The notes under the pieces were generated by a model. The model was given only the letters and a program-made list of their open reading frames with translations, did no database searches and was not told the origin of the DNA. A program made the translations under genes and the position numbers. A DNA stretch of 64,000 nt, taken from IMG/VR virus record IMGVR_UViG_3300050821_001527, positions 32,001 to 96,000 of that record; one strand, 5' to 3'. This document shows positions 1 to 8,667 of this stretch, one piece after another (position 1 is the first letter of the stretch; the number at the start of each line of letters is the position of its first letter). Source of the DNA: a virus (Duplodnaviria; Caudoviricetes).

Positions 1-390
1 GGAACGAATCAGGTCTTCAACACCGTCCAGTCGGGGGTTGATACTTCGATGGTTCCGAACCAACTGCTCCGTTTCGACACCTATGACATGTATGACCTCA
101 ATGTCACGGGGGATGGAACAGCTTTACAGGTTTCCTTCCATTCGGGAACGGTTTCCGTGGGACAGGTATTCTCTGTCCTGCTTAGAAACAGCGGAATTGG
201 GACAACGAACGTCTCTTTTTACCCAAACAACCAGATTTACTACGTCAACGGGGTGCCTCCTGCATTCCCGGCCACCCCTATGATGTTCAACATTTATACA
301 TTTCAGAGGGGAAATGACTATAATAATGGTGTGGAAACACATCCGGTGTATTATTGCACATACGCGGCGAATTACCCCGCGCTAAACTAA
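1..390 (+). CDS. 5'-truncated virion protein, probably the C-terminal domain of a tail fibre
   Basis: Frame is open from position 1 to TAA at 390. The C-terminus (GQVFSVLLRNSG...FYPNNQIYYVNGVPPAFP...FNIYTF) resembles the small beta domain that ends many phage fibre proteins. It lies just upstream of the portal. Confidence 0.5.
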   Translation, partial: GTNQVFNTVQSGVDTSMVPNQLLRFDTYDMYDLNVTGDGTALQVSFHSGTVSVGQVFSVLLRNSGIGTTNVSFYPNNQIYYVNGVPPAFPATPMMFNIYTFQRGNDYNNGVETHPVYYCTYAANYPALN

Positions 391-391
391 C

Positions 392-2389
392 ATGAAGAAG
401 AAGACAATACTCAAAACCGCCAAAGCCAGCGCAGCAAAGAAGCAAATCATCGTGGAATCCACGCCATTGATGGTTTCTGAGGCGTCCTCGGAATCTAGGA
501 CTAGCACCAGAGGCAACGCTGCCGGTCTTATCGAGCGCACGGCCAGATATAAGAACATTGATGATGGATTGGTGCCCTTCAAGATTAACACGGGATATGG
601 CAGCGGAGAATCCACGGTTGACATTAAGGATGCAATCATTCTATGTCAAAAAGCCTACTACAATTTTTCCCAGTTCCGTAACGTCATTGACATGATGACG
701 GAATTCTCGGTTTCAAACATCTACCTTCGCGGTGGAACGGCGAAGGCGAGAACGTTTTTTGATGCGTTGCTCAAGAAGCTGAATATCCTCTCCTTCCAAG
801 ACAGGTATTTCAGGGAATATTACCGTTCTGGCAACGTGTTCACTTACCGTTTCGACTCCCTTGTCGAGCCGGAAGATATAGCGAAAATCACCCAGTTGTT
901 CGGGGCGGTTCCTCCGTTGCAGAAAACCCCCATCGCCCAGCCTCCTGCTAGACCGGCTGCTGCTCCAAAGGGCGGTAAGAGAACGATTGCTTTGCCGGGG
1001 CAAGAAGACAGTGGATTGAAATTGCCGGTTCGTTACGTTATTCTGAACCCTGCCGACGTTCGCCTATTGGGAACAGCTAACTTCGGTATCGCCATCTACC
1101 AGAAGATTCTTACTGAATACGAACTGATGCGCCTGCGTTATCCGCAGACCCCGGAAGACGAAGAACTTTACCAATCTCTGCCGGACGACACCAAGAAACT
1201 CATCGAAAACAAGAAGATGACTTTCGTTCCCCTGTTCCTGCAACCGGGCAAGATGTATATTACGTTCTATAAGAAGCAGGACTACGAACCGTTTGCCGTG
1301 CCGATGGGCTTCCCTGTTCTTGAAGACCTCAACTACAAGTATGAGTTGAAAAAGATGGACATGGCCATCAGCCGCACGATGCAGCAGATGATTCTGCTCG
1401 TTACAGCCGGTGCCAAGCCCGACGAAGGCGGAATCAACCAGAAGAACCTTGACGCTCTCAAGAAGCTGTTTGAAAATGCCTCGGTGGGACGTGTTTTGGT
1501 CGCGGACTATACAACCAAGGCTCAATTTGTCATCCCTGAAATTGCGGACATTCTCGACCCGAAGAAATACGAGGTCGTTGACCGCGACATTAACAACGGG
1601 CTGAACAACATCTTGTTGGGCGGTGAGAAGTTTGCCAATCAGGTGCAAAAGACCGACGTGTTTTTGGCTCGTTTGAACCAAGCCCGTCAGACGTTCTTGA
1701 ACGACTTCCTATTCCCTGAAATCAAGAGAATTTCTCAGGAGTTGGGCTTCAAAAATTACCCGACGCCGTATTTCGAGGACTTCGTTCTCAAGGATAATGA
1801 CGTGCGCTCAAAGATTTACACCCGCTTGATTGAATTGGGTATTTTGACCCCGGAAGACGGTATTCGTGCCATCGAAACCAACGTCTTGCCGTCCAAGGAA
1901 GAAAATGATGTTTCTCAGCAGGCTTATAGAGAAGCCCGCGACAAGGGATATTATCTTCCTCTCGTTGGAGCGTCTGTCCAAGACCCAGCGGGGGCTGGTG
2001 CAGGAAGACCGACTGGAACGCCTGCTCCTAAGATGACCAATACCATTGGGCCAATGGGAGGCAAGGCTTCCGTGGACGATTCCTATAGCCTACTCAGGTT
2101 GAAAGAGAATATGGTCTTGGCTCAAACCTTGGACGAGGGCGTCCAGAGTCATCTCAAGAAGAAATTCAAAATCAAGAAGCTAAACAAGCAGCAAGCCGAA
2201 GTAGCGGAATGTATTTCCAGCACCATCATGGTCAACGAGGAGCCAGCAAAATGGATTGAAGCCGTTGCGTCATATTGCGACAAACCGGATGGCTCGAACC
2301 CCGAAAGAGCCAAGAAGGTTGATGAAATCGCCGCGCAACACGGAGTCAATCTTTACATTGCCAGTCTGCTTATGGCCAGCAAGCAGTAA
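392..2389 (+). CDS. Portal protein
   Basis: 665 aa at the head of the morphogenesis module, upstream of protease and MCP. Portal-like helical N-terminal segment (AYYNFSQFRNVIDMMTEF) and low-complexity C-terminal tail. Called from size, synteny and resemblance. Confidence 0.7.
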   Translation: MKKKTILKTAKASAAKKQIIVESTPLMVSEASSESRTSTRGNAAGLIERTARYKNIDDGLVPFKINTGYGSGESTVDIKDAIILCQKAYYNFSQFRNVIDMMTEFSVSNIYLRGGTAKARTFFDALLKKLNILSFQDRYFREYYRSGNVFTYRFDSLVEPEDIAKITQLFGAVPPLQKTPIAQPPARPAAAPKGGKRTIALPGQEDSGLKLPVRYVILNPADVRLLGTANFGIAIYQKILTEYELMRLRYPQTPEDEELYQSLPDDTKKLIENKKMTFVPLFLQPGKMYITFYKKQDYEPFAVPMGFPVLEDLNYKYELKKMDMAISRTMQQMILLVTAGAKPDEGGINQKNLDALKKLFENASVGRVLVADYTTKAQFVIPEIADILDPKKYEVVDRDINNGLNNILLGGEKFANQVQKTDVFLARLNQARQTFLNDFLFPEIKRISQELGFKNYPTPYFEDFVLKDNDVRSKIYTRLIELGILTPEDGIRAIETNVLPSKEENDVSQQAYREARDKGYYLPLVGASVQDPAGAGAGRPTGTPAPKMTNTIGPMGGKASVDDSYSLLRLKENMVLAQTLDEGVQSHLKKKFKIKKLNKQQAEVAECISSTIMVNEEPAKWIEAVASYCDKPDGSNPERAKKVDEIAAQHGVNLYIASLLMASKQ

Positions 2390-3093
2390 TGCTCCAATTT
2401 CTGTTCTTGGGTCAGGATACGGGGAGCCTGTTCTCGTCCTATTCTGGTATCCTGTTCAATGCTGCCATCAATTTCAGCAACGAACTGTTCTACCCAAATT
2501 ACGTCATCCTCCGAGACGCTTTCGGGGACGTGATTTTGGATTTCCCGTCCACCGGCATTACGTTTCTGCCCGCGCCGGTAGTTGACGAAACCAATTACAG
2601 CATTGTATTTGCTGGGGATTTCTTTGGTTTTGGGGATTCTGGAAGATTTACGACTAGGTTTTCGGGTGACGCGTATGGGGGTTTGAAAGACTTTTACCAG
2701 ATTTCATATTCGCTGGCTGGCTACCCATCAGGGATACTCTATGACCGACCGAATTACTCGATACTGGTAAACGGGATTATCGAGTCGGGTCTGACAGACA
2801 GGCCCACTTATTCGACGTTTGTGAACTATGGACAGGTTTCCGGCATTCTGACCGACCGACCTGTTTTCTCCTTTTCTGTGGCCTATGGACAGGCAACAGG
2901 AATCCTTGTGGACGCCCCGAAATACGAGGTAGATTTGTTTGGGAAAACAGACTCGATTCGCTACGATAAGCAGACTGTCGGGATGTTGTTTTTCGACGGA
3001 TTTATCAGCAGGGGTGCGCTGGTAGTGAACTTCGCAACGGGCGATAACATGAATCTCAGCCTTTCTTTCGTGCATGGAAGCATATCAAGATAA
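2389..3093 (+). CDS. Virion structural protein with internal tandem repeats
   Basis: 234 aa, coupled to the portal stop (TAATG), rich in S/G and aromatic residues. Confidence 0.55.
   Translation: MLQFLFLGQDTGSLFSSYSGILFNAAINFSNELFYPNYVILRDAFGDVILDFPSTGITFLPAPVVDETNYSIVFAGDFFGFGDSGRFTTRFSGDAYGGLKDFYQISYSLAGYPSGILYDRPNYSILVNGIIESGLTDRPTYSTFVNYGQVSGILTDRPVFSFSVAYGQATGILVDAPKYEVDLFGKTDSIRYDKQTVGMLFFDGFISRGALVVNFATGDNMNLSLSFVHGSISR
2728..2946 (+). repeat. Four ~19-aa peptide tandem repeats ([ST]G(I)LxD[RA]Px[YF]...G)
   Basis: SGILYDRPNYSILVNGIIE / SGLTDRPTYSTFVNYGQV / SGILTDRPVFSFSVAYGQA / TGILVDAPKYEVDLFG. Confidence 0.75.
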
Positions 3094-3102
3094 GGCTAAA
3101 AA

Positions 3103-3117
3103 GTGTAAGATAATAGT
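3103..3117 (+). promoter_or_regulatory. GTGTAA late-promoter-like motif
   Basis: GTGTAAGATAATAGT directly before ATG 3118; the motif recurs before many structural genes. Confidence 0.55.
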
Positions 3118-4794
3118 ATGGACATTAAACAGAACGTGAAATACGCTCTTGAAGGGAAGTTCAAGGTTGATATTTACAATAAGGAAGGGAAGTTGATTGA
3201 ATCAACCGACTGGTTCAACAATTTCATCACTCCTACTGGGCTGTCCTACATCTACAAATACAATTTTGCCGACTGTTTCAGGTTTCTGTCCTTGGGTAAT
3301 GGAACCGCGCAAAACTCGGGCAATAAAGACGGAACCGGGCCGGGAACTACTGGCCTTTCTTCTCCAATCCCTTTCGTCCTCACAAATCTTGGATACGACA
3401 CGTCAATCACGGGATACCCCGGCGTCGTGAATCCGAATTCTTGGAGCGGGGCTTTGAGCCTGCAATATATCGGGCCTTGGGGCTACGCGGTTGGGGCCGG
3501 AATCACGGAAGAACTTACCGGCCCTCGTTTCTATCGAGCATGGAGAATTCCTTACTACCAGCAAGAGGGTTCGCCGACCTTGATTACTGGCGGGGACTTG
3601 CAAGTCCAAGAATTTTCTGTATTCCCTTCCAGCGGAGAAGACCCTACTGGCCGTTACGCTTTCAGCCGTGTCAGAAAACCAGTTACCATCCCAAACGGCA
3701 CCTATGCTTACGTCTCATACCAACTGGCCATCAATTTGACCAGCAATATCATCCAGCCGCTTACGGGTGGGACTTTCAATACGGGCAACGCCGATGTTTC
3801 CTTCGAGAGTTTGCAGGTAGGGGAATGGGCGAAACTAAGCGGAAACTACCGACAGGTGTATCATGGTTTGGCTTGGATTGATGCAAATGGTGCCTCTCTG
3901 GTTCCTCAATACGGGGCAATTATGGAGCCTTCCTGCACGGGTTTGCACGAAGCCAGATTCTACCTTTCCCCGGACAATGGGCAATTTGACGTTTCTACCA
4001 CCGGGGGGGCGCAGTCTGACGAATCCTCGGCTTATGCCGCCGATGGGCTTTATGGTTTCTCCCACCAAACTCCGGTTTGGAGAGGACAGGCCAATAACAC
4101 CTACGAGATTGATTACACTTTCACCAATACGATTGTCCCTACAGTATATAACAACACCATCCCGACTCTTACCGCCAAGACGTTAAAGGCCAACATCAGG
4201 ATGGGACACGTAGGAAACATTCAGGACGTGATACCGTTTGCAATATACGATTACGATGTTTCGCCAAGCTTGGCTAGAAACATGTCCCCTATCGTTGACC
4301 CTATTGACTACGAGTATCAGACATATTCCAATGCGACTCCGGGCGTGAATGCGGACGCTACAGGAATAAACCCGGCCTATCCAGCGCACGGAAACCAAGC
4401 CCTGATTTCGACCAGAGGTTTCAATTTACCAATCACGGGATACCCGACTACCGGACGCAGCCGTCAGTTGATAAGAAGGCATTCATTCATGCCAGCCCAA
4501 TCGCTAGGAAAAAACACTAGATTTGGCTCTCTGGTTTATGCTTTCGTAGCCAACGGGAATTTCACGAATGACTTTTTCCCGACTCTCGACTGTCTATTCT
4601 ACGACTCTTCCGGTCAATATCTCATGTCTCACTATCGAGAGATTACGGGCTTATACTTCACCAACAGGGGCAGCGGAATCGTGGACGCCGCCACATATAC
4701 TGTTCCAGCGTTGAGTTTACCGTTCACACACAGGACATTTCAAGGGCCGGGAACCGGCGACCTGTATGGACACCCTGCGGAGCTAGGAGGCTAA
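3118..4794 (+). CDS. Virion structural protein (tail-collar/baseplate-like fold), paralogue of 6514-8088
   Basis: 558 aa. Shares GxFKVxIY..G..NxITxxG..FADxFRxLxLG, RxWRxP, AFSR and GxYAxVxYxL motifs with the 6514 protein. Confidence 0.55.
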   Translation: MDIKQNVKYALEGKFKVDIYNKEGKLIESTDWFNNFITPTGLSYIYKYNFADCFRFLSLGNGTAQNSGNKDGTGPGTTGLSSPIPFVLTNLGYDTSITGYPGVVNPNSWSGALSLQYIGPWGYAVGAGITEELTGPRFYRAWRIPYYQQEGSPTLITGGDLQVQEFSVFPSSGEDPTGRYAFSRVRKPVTIPNGTYAYVSYQLAINLTSNIIQPLTGGTFNTGNADVSFESLQVGEWAKLSGNYRQVYHGLAWIDANGASLVPQYGAIMEPSCTGLHEARFYLSPDNGQFDVSTTGGAQSDESSAYAADGLYGFSHQTPVWRGQANNTYEIDYTFTNTIVPTVYNNTIPTLTAKTLKANIRMGHVGNIQDVIPFAIYDYDVSPSLARNMSPIVDPIDYEYQTYSNATPGVNADATGINPAYPAHGNQALISTRGFNLPITGYPTTGRSRQLIRRHSFMPAQSLGKNTRFGSLVYAFVANGNFTNDFFPTLDCLFYDSSGQYLMSHYREITGLYFTNRGSGIVDAATYTVPALSLPFTHRTFQGPGTGDLYGHPAELGG

Positions 4795-4795
4795 C

Positions 4796-5422
4796 ATGTA
4801 TTATTACGCTTCTGAACTAACAGGATTTGCAATGCCGGGTGTATCGTTGAACGCCAACGACGCGCTTGGGCAAACTGGAAGCTTGCCGTCGCTTACCAAT
4901 TCCGGGGTGGGAGAAATCTATGGAATCTTCATCAGCACGGGGTTCCCGTCCATTGGATTGATTCCTCATATCCCAAGCGGGGTAAAGCCTTCCGTTTCGG
5001 CCAATGTTTACTACCCACAGGTTCCGCCATTTGAAACTGGGGCAGTTGCTCTCTACTTTTTTATCATGGGGATTACCGGGCTTCCTTCTTGGTTGGCTCC
5101 GGGCGGATATGCCGACCTGACTCATCCGTTACTTTCGGGAACTGGAAACACCAGTTTGAACTGTGAAGTCCTAACGAACGGGCAAGTCAAATATGCCGGG
5201 ACAAGCGGCTACTTGCGCCCAAGCGGATATTTGCTCCATAAGGAAGTTTACGCCCTCCTGCCGAATTATGCCCTGCCCGACATTGGGATTACTGGGGCTA
5301 CCGGGGTCAATTATCCAACTAGCGTAGGTGGAGTATATCCTGCTATGTTGCAGGACAACATCCTGAGTATCAATGTCGAAATGACATGGTGGGCCGATTC
5401 GGGTGACGCCATCAACTGTTAA
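4796..5422 (+). CDS. Virion structural protein, paralogue of 5432-6514
   Basis: 208 aa. GVGEIYGIF and C-terminal GGVYPAM...MTWWADSGDAINC match the next ORF. Confidence 0.5.
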   Translation: MYYYASELTGFAMPGVSLNANDALGQTGSLPSLTNSGVGEIYGIFISTGFPSIGLIPHIPSGVKPSVSANVYYPQVPPFETGAVALYFFIMGITGLPSWLAPGGYADLTHPLLSGTGNTSLNCEVLTNGQVKYAGTSGYLRPSGYLLHKEVYALLPNYALPDIGITGATGVNYPTSVGGVYPAMLQDNILSINVEMTWWADSGDAINC

Positions 5423-5431
5423 AATGCAAAA

Positions 5432-6514
5432 ATGCCTATTTACAATGAGCCTGTCGGAATCCCGTTCTCAGGTGTCCCGTTAAATCCAGACATAACGGGT
5501 TCGTTGGATACTGGCGTTTACCCGCACGGCTTCGGACAAGTTTTTGGAATCTACTGGAATCAAATAGCCTATCCTTCCGTCGCCTTGGCGAAGCACTCCC
5601 TTGATAGTCTGTCCCCACCCGGAGAAAGCGGGGATGTTTATTGGCCAGCCCCGTGTCCATTTGGGCAAAAAGTCATTCTTGGATTCAATCAAATTGAATA
5701 CTACGACCCTGTATTGGGTGTGTATCTCTACGATGAGTCGGGGGTGTTGAGGCAGAATAACCAACCAGTCGTTGACTTCAATTTCTCCTCAATCTTGCCC
5801 ATGCCGTCTGTAACCGGGCAAACACTGGGTTCAAACAACGGGTATTTTCTAACTACAGCTAGAGTCGGGAGAACCGGGGACGGAAGCTGGTCTAACTTCG
5901 CCTCTTTATCCATAGCCTCACCCAACTTCACGGGATATATCGCTTACAAAAGTGGAACGGGGATGCAGGCATTTGATGGCGGCGGGAACTTTGGAGATTA
6001 TACTGACAGCGGGGTGCTGAAAATCAAAATTGAGAACTCAACCCTCTACTTCAAGCCATTTACCCCCATGCTTTACCATGACGAAGTTCCACATGGAACA
6101 GGACTTGTCCCTTGTTGGAGGGTGACCGGACTTTTCGAGACATTGGCCGATATGACGGGAGATTTCAACAGAAGAATCTCTTTTACCCAACCGGGGAATC
6201 AATATTGTGTTTTCTTTTCCGGTTACGATGGCTCAACGCCTTTGTTTATAACCTACTTAAATGGAGGGTCTGGAATCGGGTATTTCAATGCCCAGCCCGT
6301 GATTCCGGCGTTCCAGCCACCCGAAGCCGTCCTTTTACACGTTGAAAACTCGGGGCTTTTGCCCAACTATGGACAGCCGACAAGCGATACTTTTCCTGAA
6401 TACGCGATTGTCAGGGGCGGATATTATCCAGCCATGCCGGTGTCGGTTGGTGTAAATATTTACATGACGATGGCGTGGGAAGCGGATTGCAGCGATGCGG
6501 AGAATTGCAGATAA
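5432..6514 (+). CDS. Virion structural protein, paralogue of 4796-5422
   Basis: 360 aa. GFGQVFGIY and C-terminal GGYYPAM...MAWEADCSDAENC. Confidence 0.5.
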   Translation: MPIYNEPVGIPFSGVPLNPDITGSLDTGVYPHGFGQVFGIYWNQIAYPSVALAKHSLDSLSPPGESGDVYWPAPCPFGQKVILGFNQIEYYDPVLGVYLYDESGVLRQNNQPVVDFNFSSILPMPSVTGQTLGSNNGYFLTTARVGRTGDGSWSNFASLSIASPNFTGYIAYKSGTGMQAFDGGGNFGDYTDSGVLKIKIENSTLYFKPFTPMLYHDEVPHGTGLVPCWRVTGLFETLADMTGDFNRRISFTQPGNQYCVFFSGYDGSTPLFITYLNGGSGIGYFNAQPVIPAFQPPEAVLLHVENSGLLPNYGQPTSDTFPEYAIVRGGYYPAMPVSVGVNIYMTMAWEADCSDAENCR

Positions 6515-8088
6515 TGATTACAAAGGCTAAACTTAACCTCAAGGGCCAATACAGGATAAAGGTCTTCGGTTCCGGGGACGTTCTGAAGTCGGATACAGAT
6601 TTCATTGATAATCTGATTACCGATTCGGGAATCCTGTTCCCATTCGACATGGCCTTCGCTGACACGTTTCGTTATCTCAATCTCGGAACAAGCACGACCC
6701 CGCCCTCCAATAGCGACACGGGGGTTTTCAGCCCTATTTCAGAATATTCGTATTTGGGAGCTTACGCAGCAGTTACAGCCGGAATATCCAATCCAGCAAG
6801 CCCAATGCAGATTCCCGATGACGCCTCTTATTCGCCCGAAGGCTGTGGAACTACATACCAGTTTGACTCAATTTCTCTATTCAGGACGTGGAGGGTTCCG
6901 TCCGGCGTTGGTTCGGCTACCGATGGAAATATCATTACCGAGTTTGCGGTTTCCCCCTCTGCTCCAATCGAGCTTGGAATCGCTACTTCTGGATATGCCG
7001 ATACCATTCCTTTTACCGTAAAGCCAGAGCATTCTTTGGCGTTTTCGAGAACTACTGGCAGAGTCGTATTGGACGCGGGAGACTATGCTTTGGTGACTTA
7101 CCGACTCAACGTGTATCCTTCCACCGGAGCGGCCCCTATCAGCGTCAACTTGAATACTGCTGGATTCGACCACGGGGCTTCCGATACATGCACGGGATGG
7201 TTGGGTCAGTTGACGGGGGTTCAGGGCATCGTTCATGCCGGAATCAAGGTTATCTCTGGCCCAATTCCGGTGGACACATCAACAGAACTTTCCACTCATT
7301 TTGTTCCACAAAGCCCTCATTACGGAAACAATTACTTCGGGGTGAGTTATACTCCCAGAGTTGGGGCATTGCTTGAGCCTTCCCATTCGACTTTGAATGA
7401 TGCTTTTGACTATGTTGCGTATTCGTCGAACGACCTTACTCAATTTGTGGCCACTCCCAGCGGCGGGCATATTGACCCGGCTATTCAAAGCCGTTTCTTT
7501 CCGTTTAACCCTGCTGGAATTAAGACAAGTGGAATTTGCGGGTATATCTACAACGTCCTTGGTCAATCGTCGCCAGTTCTCCCGAATAATATCCGCATAG
7601 GGTCTTCGCCCTCGGTTGTAGGGTATTCGGTTGCCCCAAACCAGTCCACGGATTTCCCTTCTTCTACCGACATTACGGTTGCGGCGAGTCCGGTGCCTTC
7701 TACCACAAACATTTTCAATGCTTCTCTGAACTTCGGCGTTGTCAATCGAGTTTATGGCTCGGATACTCAGTCACGCGCCCTGAATTTCACTTGGCTGGCC
7801 GGGGTTACAATTCCGGGCAGTCCAGATTTCATATCCTCCGTGGTAATTGCCCATCCAGACATTTACCCGCCTTCTCCAAGTCCGTCAGTCAGGAATACCC
7901 CGGCTACATTGTTCCCAGTGTTTGAAATGATGCTGAACACTATTGACGGAAGATGTATTCCTCCGTTGGTCGTAGATGGTTCCGCTACGGGATTCAATCA
8001 GTGGGCCGACGATACGGCGATAAAGCTGTTCTTCGATGGGACGCACAACTTGGGTCTAAGCTTTAACATAAGCTGGTCGAGGGTTTAA
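6514..8088 (+). CDS. Virion structural protein, paralogue of 3118-4794
   Basis: Start moved from 6475 to the ATG overlapping the upstream TAA (TAATG), which aligns MITKAKLNLKGQY with the N-terminus of the 3118 protein; 524 aa. Confidence 0.55.
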   Translation: MITKAKLNLKGQYRIKVFGSGDVLKSDTDFIDNLITDSGILFPFDMAFADTFRYLNLGTSTTPPSNSDTGVFSPISEYSYLGAYAAVTAGISNPASPMQIPDDASYSPEGCGTTYQFDSISLFRTWRVPSGVGSATDGNIITEFAVSPSAPIELGIATSGYADTIPFTVKPEHSLAFSRTTGRVVLDAGDYALVTYRLNVYPSTGAAPISVNLNTAGFDHGASDTCTGWLGQLTGVQGIVHAGIKVISGPIPVDTSTELSTHFVPQSPHYGNNYFGVSYTPRVGALLEPSHSTLNDAFDYVAYSSNDLTQFVATPSGGHIDPAIQSRFFPFNPAGIKTSGICGYIYNVLGQSSPVLPNNIRIGSSPSVVGYSVAPNQSTDFPSSTDITVAASPVPSTTNIFNASLNFGVVNRVYGSDTQSRALNFTWLAGVTIPGSPDFISSVVIAHPDIYPPSPSPSVRNTPATLFPVFEMMLNTIDGRCIPPLVVDGSATGFNQWADDTAIKLFFDGTHNLGLSFNISWSRV

Positions 8089-8102
8089 GTGTAATTCATA
8101 GT
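8089..8102 (+). promoter_or_regulatory. GTGTAA late-promoter-like motif
   Basis: GTGTAATTCATAGT directly before ATG 8103. Confidence 0.55.
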
Positions 8103-8654
8103 ATGCAGACCGTCGCTGATACCATCAAAAAAGCCCTAGAAACGAAAGCCGATGAACAGGTTTACGTGGATGGCATTGGTGGCAAGACAACCAAGAAGCC
8201 TGATACCAAATGGCGTAGTTTGGATTGGGTTAAGGAATTTCCGGGCATGGCCCCAAAAACCACGGAATCCAAACCCAAGAATGTCGAGAAGAAATTCGCA
8301 GAAAAGCAGAAAGAGCAGAGCGTTCAGACCCCTCAAAAGCCGGGGGGCGGTATGCCGGTGGCTACAGCGGAACCGGAACATTACGTGGATTTAACCAAGT
8401 ATGGCAACTCCGACTTCTACATTGATGAATACCCCGGTTTAGGCGGGTTTGCGAAAGCGGAAGAAATCACGCACTACGATGGACTCTACCAAGACGAGGC
8501 TACTAAACAGACCAAGCCAAAAAATGTCCCCAAAAAGTTCAAGTATAAGCTGGGAGAGCGTAAGAATTACACAAATCAATACCGTGTCCTGATTGAAGCT
8601 CCAATGAAGCTTTACAAGGATTTTATGGTCGCAAAAGCAGTAGTTACCGTGTAA
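8103..8654 (+). CDS. Hypothetical Lys-rich protein in the head module
   Basis: 183 aa with a duplicated KPKNVxKKF; preceded by the GTGTAA motif. Confidence 0.55.
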   Translation: MQTVADTIKKALETKADEQVYVDGIGGKTTKKPDTKWRSLDWVKEFPGMAPKTTESKPKNVEKKFAEKQKEQSVQTPQKPGGGMPVATAEPEHYVDLTKYGNSDFYIDEYPGLGGFAKAEEITHYDGLYQDEATKQTKPKNVPKKFKYKLGERKNYTNQYRVLIEAPMKLYKDFMVAKAVVTV

Positions 8655-8667
8655 TAGATGGGGAGAT

